Below are positions 10,194 through 20,100 of a DNA stretch of 64,000 bases, in pieces. Source of the DNA: Cyanobacteria bacterium P01_A01_bin.123 (GTDB taxonomy: Bacteria; Cyanobacteriota; Cyanobacteriia; Phormidesmidales; Phormidesmidaceae). A model generated the notes under the pieces. That model saw nothing but the letters and a program-made list of their open reading frames with translations. It searched no databases and was not told the origin of the DNA. Position numbers and translations under genes: made by a program. How positions within the stretch are numbered: the first letter of the stretch is position 1; each line of letters starts with the position of its first letter. Where the stretch lies: positions 137,244-201,243 of the forward strand of contig JBCBZT010000009.1 of NCBI GenBank assembly GCA_039815185.1, given 5' to 3'.

Positions 10194-10661
10194 ATGGATG
10201 GTTGCGGGTTAACCCTACCCCAAGATCTAACGTCGGGGAAACCGACGTTGATTGCTGATGAATGTATTTGGGTACAAGTGTGGCGGAGGACACGCACGAA
10301 TAACGCCTTGATTGAAGTGATTGTGACCCGGCGATCGCTACCAGATACTTCTCTCAAACAGTTCATTCAGTGCCAAACCAGCACATGGATTAAGATTGAC
10401 GCCCAGACAGATATTGCTATACCAGGTGCGCTCAAGGCCAAACGGGTCGAAGGGCTAGTGAATATCTACGAAGATCCGGTACCAGAGTGCAACGAACACA
10501 TCACGGTAGTTTACGCCCTGAATCATCAATACGAATTATTTACCCTGGCAGTGCGAACCCTGCCCCAAGTGGCCCAAGGTGCTCGGGCTGAAATTGAATC
10601 CTGGATTGCTTCCTTTAGGCTTGATGCCACCAAAGCGCGAAGATCAGCACCTTTCTGTTAA
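10194..10661 (+). CDS. Hypothetical protein
   Basis: 155-aa ORF filling the gap between co-oriented genes; no motif recognised. Confidence 0.55.
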   Translation: MDGCGLTLPQDLTSGKPTLIADECIWVQVWRRTRTNNALIEVIVTRRSLPDTSLKQFIQCQTSTWIKIDAQTDIAIPGALKAKRVEGLVNIYEDPVPECNEHITVVYALNHQYELFTLAVRTLPQVAQGARAEIESWIASFRLDATKARRSAPFC

Positions 10662-10689
10662 GCGAGATCATTCTCTGGATGGGATAACG

Positions 10690-13600
10690 ATGGCACAGAT
10701 CGTTCTGATTGCTGGATTTGAAGCCTTTAACACCGAGCTATACCGGGAAGCAACGAAGCTTGCTATGGCCCGTTGCCCAGGGCTGGAAGTTCAGGTGTTT
10801 TGCGATCGCGATATTACTATCCAACCTGATGCTATCGCTTCTGCTTTAGCCACCGCCGACGTCTTCTTTGCCAGCTTGATTTTTGACTACGACCAAGTCC
10901 TATGGCTTAAAGAACGGGTGGCCGATATTCCAGTGCGGCTGATTTTTGAGTCTGCTTTGGAACTGATGGCCCTAACCTGCCTGGGCAAATTCACCATCGG
11001 CGAAAAGCCTAAAGGCATGCCCAAGCCGATCAAGTTTATCCTCAGCAAATTTGGCAGCGGCAAAGAAGAAGACCGCCTCGCAGGCTACATCAGTTTTCTG
11101 AAAGTTGGCCCCAAGTTACTGAAATTCTTACCCGGTCGCAAACTTCAGGACCTGCGCAACTGGCTGATCATCTACGGCTACTGGAATGCAGGCGGAGCCG
11201 AGAACGTCGCTGCCATGCTGCAATACCTCGCGCAAGCGTATTTGGGGTTAACCGTCGGGGAAATTCCACCCGCAATTGAAACCCCCAACATCGGTTTGCT
11301 GCACCCAGACTATGACGGCTATTTTGAATCACCTCAGGCGTATTTGGATTGGTATGTCAGTCGGGAGTCAGAAAAGGCAGAAGGCAGAAGGCAGAAGGCA
11401 GAAACAATCCAAAATTCCTCCCCATTCCCCCATCCCCCCACCTCCCCATCTCTTCAATACGCTCAGGACAAGCTCCTCCCCTCCCCTCCCGTCATCGGCA
11501 TCCTCCTCTATCGTAAGCACGTCATCACCCGCCAACCCTATATCCCCCAACTAATCCGTCAGTTTGAACAAGCGGGACTCATCCCCTTACCGATTTTTAT
11601 CAACGGTGTGGAAGGTCACGTGGCGGTACGAGATTTGATGACCACGGAGTATGAACAGGAGCAGCGGGCGAAGGGACAGATTGAGACCGCTTCCCTTTCC
11701 TCATCTGCAGTCAAAGTCGATGCGATCGTCTCTACCATTGGCTTTCCCCTGGTGGGTGGGCCAGCTGGGTCGATGGAGGCGGGGCGGCAGGTGGCGGTGG
11801 CAAAGCGTATCCTCAGCGCTAAAAATGTGCCTTACTTTGTTGCTGCACCGCTGCTGATTCAAGATATTGCTTCTTGGACGCGCAAAGGCATAGGTGGACT
11901 GCAAAGCGTCGTGCTCTATGCCCTACCGGAACTCGATGGGGCGATCGATCCGGTGCCCCTGGGGGGACTGGTGGGGGACAAAATTTATCTGGTGCCCGAG
12001 CGGGTACAGCGGTTGACCAGTCGGGTAAAGCAGTGGGTTGAACTACGGCGGAAGCCGGTGAGCGATCGCAAAATTGCCCTGATTCTTTACGGCTTCCCCC
12101 CAGGCTACGGGGCAACTGGAACAGCCGCCTTGCTCAACGTGCCTCAATCTTTGATTTATGTTTTGCAGGCGTTGAAAGCGGCTGGGTATACCGTCGGAGA
12201 TTTGCCAGCAGACGGTGAGACCTTAATTGAAAAGGTCAAAGCTGCCGATGAAGCAATCCCGGCCCAGATCCCTGGGTTCTTCGGAGAACCCAGGGATCTA
12301 CAACCACCCGTCACGGTTTCCGTCAGAACCTTAGAAAAATGGCTGACCTATGTGCAGCGGCACCGCATGGAGAAGCAGTGGGGCAACTTTACCCGCACCG
12401 GGATTAAGACCTGGGGAGATGAGTTTTTGCTGGGGGGTGTGCAGCTGGGCAATGTCTGGATTGGGGTGCAGCCCCCTTTAGGCATTGCTGGAGATCCGAT
12501 GCGGCTGATGTTTGAGCGAGATCTGACGCCCCATCCCCAGTATGCGGCCTTCTATGAGTGGCTCAAGCGAGATTTCCAAGCCGATGCGGTGGTACATTTT
12601 GGCATGCATGGCACGATGGAATGGTTACCGGGTTCACCCTTAGGCAATACGGGTTACTGCTGGCCCGATGCCCTGTTGGGCAATACTCCCCACCTATACC
12701 TCTACGCCGCGAATAACCCTTCAGAATCCATGCTGGCGAAGCGGCGGGGCTATGGGGTGTTGATTTCTCACAATGTGCCGCCCTATGGACGAGCTGGACT
12801 ATATAAAGAGCTGTTGACCCTGCGAGATTTGATCGCAGAGTATCGGGAAGACCCCCAGAAAAATGCAGTCCTGCGGGATGCGATTTTGAAAGCGATCGCG
12901 GATTCTGGTCTCGATGCCGACTGTCCGTTTACTGAAGCCCAAAAGCTCGGCATTGAGTTCACGCCCGAAAATGCTCGCATGTTTAGCCCGGAGGTGTTCA
13001 ACCACTACATTGTCGATCTGTATGACTATCTGCAAGTGCTAGAAACACGGCTGTTTTCCAGCGGCTTGCATGTCTTGGGTCAAGCACCGACGATAGACCA
13101 ATTGCAAAGTTATCTAGCGGCATATTTTGGGGAGGGGTTAAAGGGTGAGGTCGTAGAGGCGATCGCGCGAGCAGAGGAGCGGGGGAGTGGGCTTCGACGT
13201 GAGCTCAGCCGAACGGGAGTGGGGGGAGAGATTGCTGACTCTGCTTATGATCCTTTTGCCGATCATGAGGCTGCTGCCAAAACCATCCTCCAGCGGTTCT
13301 ATGGGCGAGAAACAGACAAGACTCAGCTAGCGCAGATTCAAGGGCGGATTATAGAGGCTTTGAGCATTTGCGATCGCTTGGCCCAAACCCCCGACGAAAT
13401 TACAAATCTGCTGCGAGGACTCAATGGCGAGTACATTCCGCCCGCGCCGGGGGGCGATTTGTTGCGGGATGGGCCGGGAGTACTTCCCACGGGGCGTAAT
13501 ATTCATGCCTTAGATCCCTACCGGATGCCGTCTCCGGCAGCGAATGCGCGGGGACGAGAAATTGCCCGTAAAATCATGGCTCAGCATCTGGCAGAACAGG

Positions 13601-14670
13601 ACGCTTACCCGGAAACGGTGGCCGTGATGCTATGGGGGCTAGATGCGATTAAGACCAAGGGAGAATCGCTGGGAATTTTGCTGGAATTGGTCGGCGCAGA
13701 GGCTGTTAAGGAAGGGACCGGACGGATTGTCCGTTATGAACTGATTCCGTTAGAACAGCTGGGTCATCCCCGGATTGACGTACTGGGCAATTTATCTGGG
13801 ATTTTTCGAGACAGTTTTGTCAATATCATCGAGTTGCTGGATGATTTATTCCAGCGGGCGGCGACAGCCGATGAACCCGAGGAGCAAAATTACATTCGCA
13901 AGCACGTGCTGGCATTACAGGCAGATGGGGTAGAAAATGCAGCGGCGCGTTTATTTTCTAATCCAGCGGGGGACTATGGTTCCCTCGTGAACGATCAGGT
14001 CGTGGATGGGAACTGGGAAAACAGTGCGGAATTGGGGGCGACCTGGCGCGATCGCAACGGGTTTAGCTATGGCCGCAGCGATAAGGGGCAAGCCCGCCCC
14101 GAAATCCTCAAGACCCTACTGAGGAGTACCGATCGCATTGTGCAAGAAATCGATTCGGTCGAGTATGGACTGACCGACATTCAGGAATACTATGCCAACA
14201 CCGGAGCGCTCAAACAAGCCGCAGAACAAGCCGGGGGAAAATCCGTAACCGCCAGCTTTGTAGAAAGTTTTTCGAAGGACACCACCCCCCGCAGGTTGGA
14301 CGATCTGCTGCGTATGGAATATCGAACTAAGCTGCTCAACCCTAAGTGGGCTGAGGCAATGGCGGCCCAGGGCAGCGGCGGTGCCTATGAAATTTCCCAG
14401 CGAATGACGGCAATTATCGGTTGGACGGGCACGACGAATTTCCAAGATCAATGGGTCTATGACCAGGCCGCTCAAACCTATGCTTTAGATGCAACGATGG
14501 CTGAGCAGTTGCGCAAAGCAAACCCAGAAGCCTTTCGCAACATTGTGGGACGATTGATTGAGGCTAATAGCCGGAATTTTTGGCACCCTGATGAAGAGAC
14601 TGTGGAAAAACTACAGGCCCTCTATGATGAAGCTGACTTGACCTTAGAAGGCGTTGTCAGTCCTGGCTAG
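10690..14670 (+). CDS. bchH: Magnesium chelatase subunit H / CobN-family paralog
   Basis: STIGFPLVGGPA, HFGMHGTMEWLPG, YAANNPSE...AKRRG, LPTGRNIHALDP, RTKLLNPKW; ATG 10690 (MAQIVLIAGFE) preferred to 10579. Confidence 0.9.
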   Translation: MAQIVLIAGFEAFNTELYREATKLAMARCPGLEVQVFCDRDITIQPDAIASALATADVFFASLIFDYDQVLWLKERVADIPVRLIFESALELMALTCLGKFTIGEKPKGMPKPIKFILSKFGSGKEEDRLAGYISFLKVGPKLLKFLPGRKLQDLRNWLIIYGYWNAGGAENVAAMLQYLAQAYLGLTVGEIPPAIETPNIGLLHPDYDGYFESPQAYLDWYVSRESEKAEGRRQKAETIQNSSPFPHPPTSPSLQYAQDKLLPSPPVIGILLYRKHVITRQPYIPQLIRQFEQAGLIPLPIFINGVEGHVAVRDLMTTEYEQEQRAKGQIETASLSSSAVKVDAIVSTIGFPLVGGPAGSMEAGRQVAVAKRILSAKNVPYFVAAPLLIQDIASWTRKGIGGLQSVVLYALPELDGAIDPVPLGGLVGDKIYLVPERVQRLTSRVKQWVELRRKPVSDRKIALILYGFPPGYGATGTAALLNVPQSLIYVLQALKAAGYTVGDLPADGETLIEKVKAADEAIPAQIPGFFGEPRDLQPPVTVSVRTLEKWLTYVQRHRMEKQWGNFTRTGIKTWGDEFLLGGVQLGNVWIGVQPPLGIAGDPMRLMFERDLTPHPQYAAFYEWLKRDFQADAVVHFGMHGTMEWLPGSPLGNTGYCWPDALLGNTPHLYLYAANNPSESMLAKRRGYGVLISHNVPPYGRAGLYKELLTLRDLIAEYREDPQKNAVLRDAILKAIADSGLDADCPFTEAQKLGIEFTPENARMFSPEVFNHYIVDLYDYLQVLETRLFSSGLHVLGQAPTIDQLQSYLAAYFGEGLKGEVVEAIARAEERGSGLRRELSRTGVGGEIADSAYDPFADHEAAAKTILQRFYGRETDKTQLAQIQGRIIEALSICDRLAQTPDEITNLLRGLNGEYIPPAPGGDLLRDGPGVLPTGRNIHALDPYRMPSPAANARGREIARKIMAQHLAEQDAYPETVAVMLWGLDAIKTKGESLGILLELVGAEAVKEGTGRIVRYELIPLEQLGHPRIDVLGNLSGIFRDSFVNIIELLDDLFQRAATADEPEEQNYIRKHVLALQADGVENAAARLFSNPAGDYGSLVNDQVVDGNWENSAELGATWRDRNGFSYGRSDKGQARPEILKTLLRSTDRIVQEIDSVEYGLTDIQEYYANTGALKQAAEQAGGKSVTASFVESFSKDTTPRRLDDLLRMEYRTKLLNPKWAEAMAAQGSGGAYEISQRMTAIIGWTGTTNFQDQWVYDQAAQTYALDATMAEQLRKANPEAFRNIVGRLIEANSRNFWHPDEETVEKLQALYDEADLTLEGVVSPG
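11374..11490 (+). repeat. In-frame STRR-type repeats plus a 21-nt dispersed element inside the chelatase gene
   Basis: AAGGCAG x4, CCCCAT-type runs, CTTCAATACGCTCAGGACAAG at 11452-11472. Confidence 0.75.
12266..12299. repeat. In-frame 34-bp palindrome in the chelatase gene
   Basis: AGATCCCTGGGTTCT-TCGG-AGAACCCAGGGATCT. Confidence 0.75.
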
Positions 14671-16727
14671 CGAGCTAAAAAGTTAGTCTCAATTGCATCT
14701 GCGGCTAGCGGTTGTGAAAACAAGAATCCTTGACCTAATTGACATCCAAGCTGTTGTAGCTGTTGCAGTTGTTGGGGGACTTCAATGCCTTCTGCGATCG
14801 CGGTCAACCCAAGTTGACTGCTCAAAGCGATAATGGTGCTCACAACTTGGTGGTTTCGAGTTTTGGCCTGCATTTGCCCGACAAAAGATCGATCGATTTT
14901 CAAGTTGTGGACGGGTAAGCGGTGAAGATAATTGAGGGATGAATATCCCGTGCCAAAATCATCAATGCTAATCTGAATACCTTTTGGTGCCAATTGAATC
15001 AATAAATCGATTGTCTGATCGATATCCTCAATCAACATGCTTTCAGTAATTTCTAAGGTAATTAGATTTCCTGCCAATTGGGTCTCAACCAATATCCGGT
15101 TGATTTCTTCAACCAAATTGATATTTCGGAGATCTTGAGCAGAAAGATTGACGCTAATTTTGAGCGGGTTTTGGTTTGGAAACTGATTTTGCCAACTGAG
15201 CATTTGTTGACATGCTCGGGAAAGAACCCAGTTGTCGAGGGCCATAATTAAGTTGGCTTCTTCGGCAACTGAGACGAATTCTCCAGGTAAAATTAGCCCC
15301 CGAGTTGGGTGTTGCCACCGTACCAAAGCCTCAAAACCAATGAGTTGATTCTTAGCTAAGTCAAAAATCGGTTGATAATGGACGATAAACTCTTCTTGAT
15401 CGAACGCTCTTCTTAAATCTGTCTCTAAGGTAAGTCGTTGAAGCGCTTGGGCATGCATTTCCGCTCCAAAAAATTTGTATGAGTTATGTGCTTTCGCCTT
15501 GGCTTGATACATCGCAATATCGGCATCACGGATTAAATCAGAAGCCTGTTGGTACTCCTTGCTGCCCATGACAATGCCAATGCTGAGACTCGTGAATATT
15601 TTATGATTACTGATGATCAAGGGTGTTTTAGAACCTGCCAAGATCCGTTCAGAAATCTGAATGACTTCTTCTGTGCTGCTAATATCTTCGAGCAAAATGA
15701 CAAATTCATCACCGCCCAGCCGAGCGACTAAATCAATGTTGCGCAGATGGGTTTGTAGCCGTTGCGCGATCGCGATCAACAGCTGATCACCAATCAGGTG
15801 TCCTAAGCTATCATTGACGACTTTAAATCGATCTAGATCTAGAAATAGAACTGCATAGCGGTAGTTTCCAAAGCGCTGCACACGACGAATTGCCAGTTCA
15901 AGCCGTTCTTTTAACAGGGTTCGATTCGGTAACCCCGTTAATGGATCGTGAAGTGCATTATAAATAATCTTGTTTTGAGCCTGTTTGAGGTCGCTAATAT
16001 CCCGACAAACGCAAATTAATAATCCATCTTCTAAAAGGGTTAGCGACACGCCTTGGGGAAAGGTAGATCCATCCTTGCGCTGCGCGATCGCTTCGCCTTG
16101 CCAAGCGCGATCGCGTTCTAGCGCAGGTAAAACGTCTCGCTCAAATCGATCGACCTCTGCTGGGGAATACAAAACCCGCCAAGTCTTGCCTAAAATGTCT
16201 TCAGAGCAGTCATAGCCAAACAGCCTGAGATGGGACTGATTGGCATAGAGATAGGTCTCGTCCTGCAAAATCCCAATCCCGTCAATGGCGGCCTCGATGG
16301 CAGCTTGTTGTCGTCTTAGCAAGACTTCAGCTCGCTTGCGTTCTAAGCGAACTTGAGCATCCCGTACTTCCCGCCGCACAGCCTCTGGCAACCGGGTTAG
16401 GTTATCCTTCATGAGATAATCATGGGCTCCTGCCTTCATCATCTCTACGGCCAAGCGCTCACCAATAGTGCCTGAGACTACGATGAAGGGAATGTCGAAC
16501 TGGCTTTGTTGAACCAGTCTCAGCGCCGCCGGAGCATCAAAGCTAGGGAGGCGATAGTCTGAAACAATGACATCCCAAAGCTGGGTTGTGAGTAAAGCCT
16601 GTAGTGATTCAGCCGTTTGCACCCGTTCCCAAGTGACGGTAAAGCCATCCCGGCGCAGTTCCCGAAGCAGCAGCAACGCGTCATCTTCTGAATCTTCGAT
16701 GATCAGAACCTTAAGCACTTCGCCCAT
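14667..16727 (-). CDS. REC-PAS-GGDEF-EAL diguanylate cyclase/phosphodiesterase
   Basis: IIEDSEDD/VSDY receiver, PAS, HDPLTGLPNR, RLGGDEF, FEALVRW, DDFGTGYSS. Confidence 0.95.
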   Translation of the reverse strand: MGEVLKVLIIEDSEDDALLLLRELRRDGFTVTWERVQTAESLQALLTTQLWDVIVSDYRLPSFDAPAALRLVQQSQFDIPFIVVSGTIGERLAVEMMKAGAHDYLMKDNLTRLPEAVRREVRDAQVRLERKRAEVLLRRQQAAIEAAIDGIGILQDETYLYANQSHLRLFGYDCSEDILGKTWRVLYSPAEVDRFERDVLPALERDRAWQGEAIAQRKDGSTFPQGVSLTLLEDGLLICVCRDISDLKQAQNKIIYNALHDPLTGLPNRTLLKERLELAIRRVQRFGNYRYAVLFLDLDRFKVVNDSLGHLIGDQLLIAIAQRLQTHLRNIDLVARLGGDEFVILLEDISSTEEVIQISERILAGSKTPLIISNHKIFTSLSIGIVMGSKEYQQASDLIRDADIAMYQAKAKAHNSYKFFGAEMHAQALQRLTLETDLRRAFDQEEFIVHYQPIFDLAKNQLIGFEALVRWQHPTRGLILPGEFVSVAEEANLIMALDNWVLSRACQQMLSWQNQFPNQNPLKISVNLSAQDLRNINLVEEINRILVETQLAGNLITLEITESMLIEDIDQTIDLLIQLAPKGIQISIDDFGTGYSSLNYLHRLPVHNLKIDRSFVGQMQAKTRNHQVVSTIIALSSQLGLTAIAEGIEVPQQLQQLQQLGCQLGQGFLFSQPLAADAIETNFLAR

Positions 16728-16729
16728 GA

Positions 16730-17152
16730 TTACAGCTCTTCTGGCAGTGGTTCATTAATGAGCACCCAATACAACCCTAATTGGGTAACAGCATGGGTAA
16801 ATTGGTCAAAATCAACGGGTTTTCGCACATAACTATTAGCCCCCGAACTATAGCTTTCAATAATGTCACGCTCCTCGCTAGAAGATGTCAGCACAACTAC
16901 GGGTAGCAGTCGTGTTTGGGGATTGGCTCTAATGCGTTGCAAGACTTCTAGACCATCAATCTTGGGTAGTTTGATATCCAACAACACCACACTCGGTAAC
17001 GGATCCGCTGCAAATAGGACTGCCAGGGCTTCTTCGCCGTCACGGGCAACCTGAATGGGGTTGGTCAACTTGGCCCGTTTCAAAGCCCGAATAGTTAACC
17101 GTTCATCGTCGGGATTATCTTCAACTAGCAAGATTGGACGAGGAGATGCCAT
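16730..17152 (-). CDS. Single-domain response regulator, Rcp1-like
   Basis: [39 protein letters not shown]. Confidence 0.93.
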   Translation of the reverse strand: MASPRPILLVEDNPDDERLTIRALKRAKLTNPIQVARDGEEALAVLFAADPLPSVVLLDIKLPKIDGLEVLQRIRANPQTRLLPVVVLTSSSEERDIIESYSSGANSYVRKPVDFDQFTHAVTQLGLYWVLINEPLPEEL

Positions 17153-17155
17153 GAC

Positions 17156-20100
17156 CTATGCTCCTATTTTGCCGAACGTATATTGAGGAAGCGTGAAATA
17201 AAAGGTCGCCCCCTGCTCGACAACACCCTCTGCCCAAACCCTGCCCCCGTGACGATGAATGGCCCGTTGAACAGTTGCTAGGCCAATTCCTGTGCCTGGG
17301 AATTCGTGGATCCCGTGGAGTCTTTGGAAGACGCCAAAGAGCATTTTGGCATAGGCCATATCAAAGCCTGCGCCGTCGTCTCGGACAAAGTAAGTGGATT
17401 GTCCGCCTTGATGAACCATGCCGAATTCAATGCGGGCTGTTGGGTGATGGCTGGTAAATTTCCAGGCGTTTTGCAGCAGGTTAGTCATCATTACCCGCAT
17501 CAGCGTCGCATCAGCCCAAACGGTTGCTTCTGGAGCAATAACAACATCAACGTGCCGCTCCGGTGACAAGGTTTGTAGTTCAGCCACTAGCTCATGGACT
17601 AAAGCCGTTAGGTCAACTTTGATATATCGAATTTCAGACCGAGACACCCGAGATAGGTTCAGCAGATCATCGATCAACATGCCCATCCGAGTCACGTTTT
17701 TGCGAATCCGATCGAAGTAATCTTGACCTTCTTCGTCAAAGGTTTCGCCATAGTCTTCGAGTAGGGCCTTGCTAAATCCGTCAATGGCGCGTAGCGGTGC
17801 TCGCAAATCATGGGAAACCGAGTAGGCAAAGGCTTCCAATTCTCGATTAGATGCCTCTAACTGGGCGGCGTACTGCTGAATTTGCGCTTCGGCTTGTTTG
17901 CGACTGGTAATGTCTGTGTGGGTGCCAATCACCCGTAGTGGCTGCCCTTCTGCGGCCCATTCGATCACTTGACCCCGATCAAGAATCCATTTATAGCTGC
18001 CATCTTTGCAGCGCAGGCGATGTTCGTTCTGGTAGATGATGGTTTCGCCCCTAAAGTGTTGATAGGTGTCGGCGTAGGCTTGAGCTTTATCGTCAGGATG
18101 GATGCGGCTGTCCCATTCGAATAAGCTATCGCCGATTTCATCTTCGGCATAACCCAGCATGGCTTTCCATTGTCGAGAGTAGAAAAGGGTGTTTGTCTGT
18201 AAGTTCCAGTCCCAAACGCCATCGCCCGAACCTTCTAGGGCAAATTGCCAACGGGCTTCGCTCTCTCGCAGGGCAGCTTCAGCTTCTTTTAGGTCGGTAA
18301 TGTCACGACCCACTGCCTGGAATTCAATGAAATTACCACCGGGGTCAAACAGGGCGCGATCGCTCCACTGCTGCCAGCGAATCTTACCGTCGGGTGCAAT
18401 GACTCGGTGCTCACAGGTGGCGACCGGATTATTCACAGACAGGCTACGGAAGGTTTGGAGTGGGATATCTTGATCTTCGTTGGGAATCAGCGGGGTAAAA
18501 CTTTGACCTAGAAGGTCTTCGGGTGTCTTCTGGAAAAACTGGCAGTAGGCATCGTTAACAAAGGTCAGGGTGCCGTTGGGCAAAAAGCGACAAATCAGTT
18601 CTGTTTGATCGGCAATGATGCCCTGATAGTAAGCGCGGCTGGCCTCAAGCGCGATTTCAGTTTCCTTATGCTGGCTGATATCAATGTGACATCCAACCAT
18701 CCGTAGCGGATTACCGGCCTGATCCCATTCAATTACCTGCCCCGAACACAGCACCCACACGGTTGAACTATCCTTGTGGCGATAGCGAACTTCGCTGGCG
18801 AAGGGAACTTTACCCCGACTTTGGACATGGCGGTTGAAACAGTCGAGTACCTTGGGTAAATCTTCTGGAAAGATCAGGTTTTGCCAACTATCAGGGGTAT
18901 TAGGGAGTTCGTGGTCCTCGTAGCCGAACATCCGTTTAAAGCCAGGACTGAGGTACTCCGAATGATTGGGGATGTCCCAATCCCAATATCCGGCCAGCAC
19001 ATTGTCTAAAACCTGTTCGAGTAGGGTTAATTCTTGACGAATTTGTTCCGCCCGCGATCGCTCGATTTCAGCTCGATTGCGTTCGGCTTCTAGTCGTTTG
19101 CGTTCGCTGATATCGCGGATCATAAAGAGGACTTCATCGTCGCTGCTTTTGATGATTCTGACTTCTTCATCTTGGATACGATCGCCGATTTGCAGTTGTT
19201 GTTCGTAAACTTGCAGCTCATTCGTCTGCAAGGCTTGCTGCACATATCGAAACTGTTCTTCGGCAAGCGCTTTGGGCAACACGTCAGCTAACGATTGACC
19301 TGGCAAATCATTTGCTTTGGGCACCGCCGCAGAGTCTCGATAGGGGCCCACAAATCCCCGATAGATGCCATCTGCACCCACACGAAACATCAGGTCAGGA
19401 ATTGTCGCTAGGATCGCCTGACTTTGGGCTTCACTGTCCCGTAGCTCCAGTTCTGTTTGTCGATGCTGGGTGACATCAGCCGCCATTGAAATTACTGCCC
19501 GACGCCCGTCAGGTAGCAGACCTAATGGGGCAGAGCTAAACTGCCAGATCCGCTGTTCACCGTTTCGAGTCGTGATCATAAATTCCCCCTCATCCCAGCG
19601 AGATTTGAGGGCGTACTGCTTGGCCATGATGGTTTCGAGTACGCTAGCTGCGCGTTCACCATAGGCCTGTTGTGTCCAATCTTGGAGGGTGGGAATATCC
19701 GAATGGGTATAGCCCGTTAGTTCAGTCCAAGTGCTGTTGATTTGCAACACTTCACCGTCTTCAGCATGGATCATAATCGGCAGCGGCGCGTTGGCGATCG
19801 CCTGCCGGAAGCGCTGTTCACTTTCAAGCAAACGGTTTTCAGCTTGTTTGCGATCGCTGATATCTCGCACTAGGGTGAGCACCTCGTCGTCGCCGTAGGG
19901 CACTATCCGGACTTCTTCAATCTGGATGCTGCCGTCTACAGAGAGGTCTTGTTCACAGATCTCGATGGTGTTGGTTTGCAAGGCTCGTTGAATTGTGGCT
20001 ACGCGCTGTCGGGCAACCGCCGGGGGCAGGCTTTTAGATATGTGGACGCCGACAAAATCTGCGGGGCTACCGCCTACGAGCGGAAAGTTGGGGGCAGAGA

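Noticed and set aside
10579..10689. N-terminal extension of the chelatase ORF
   Set aside because: Overlaps the upstream ORF; the family N-terminus begins at 10690.
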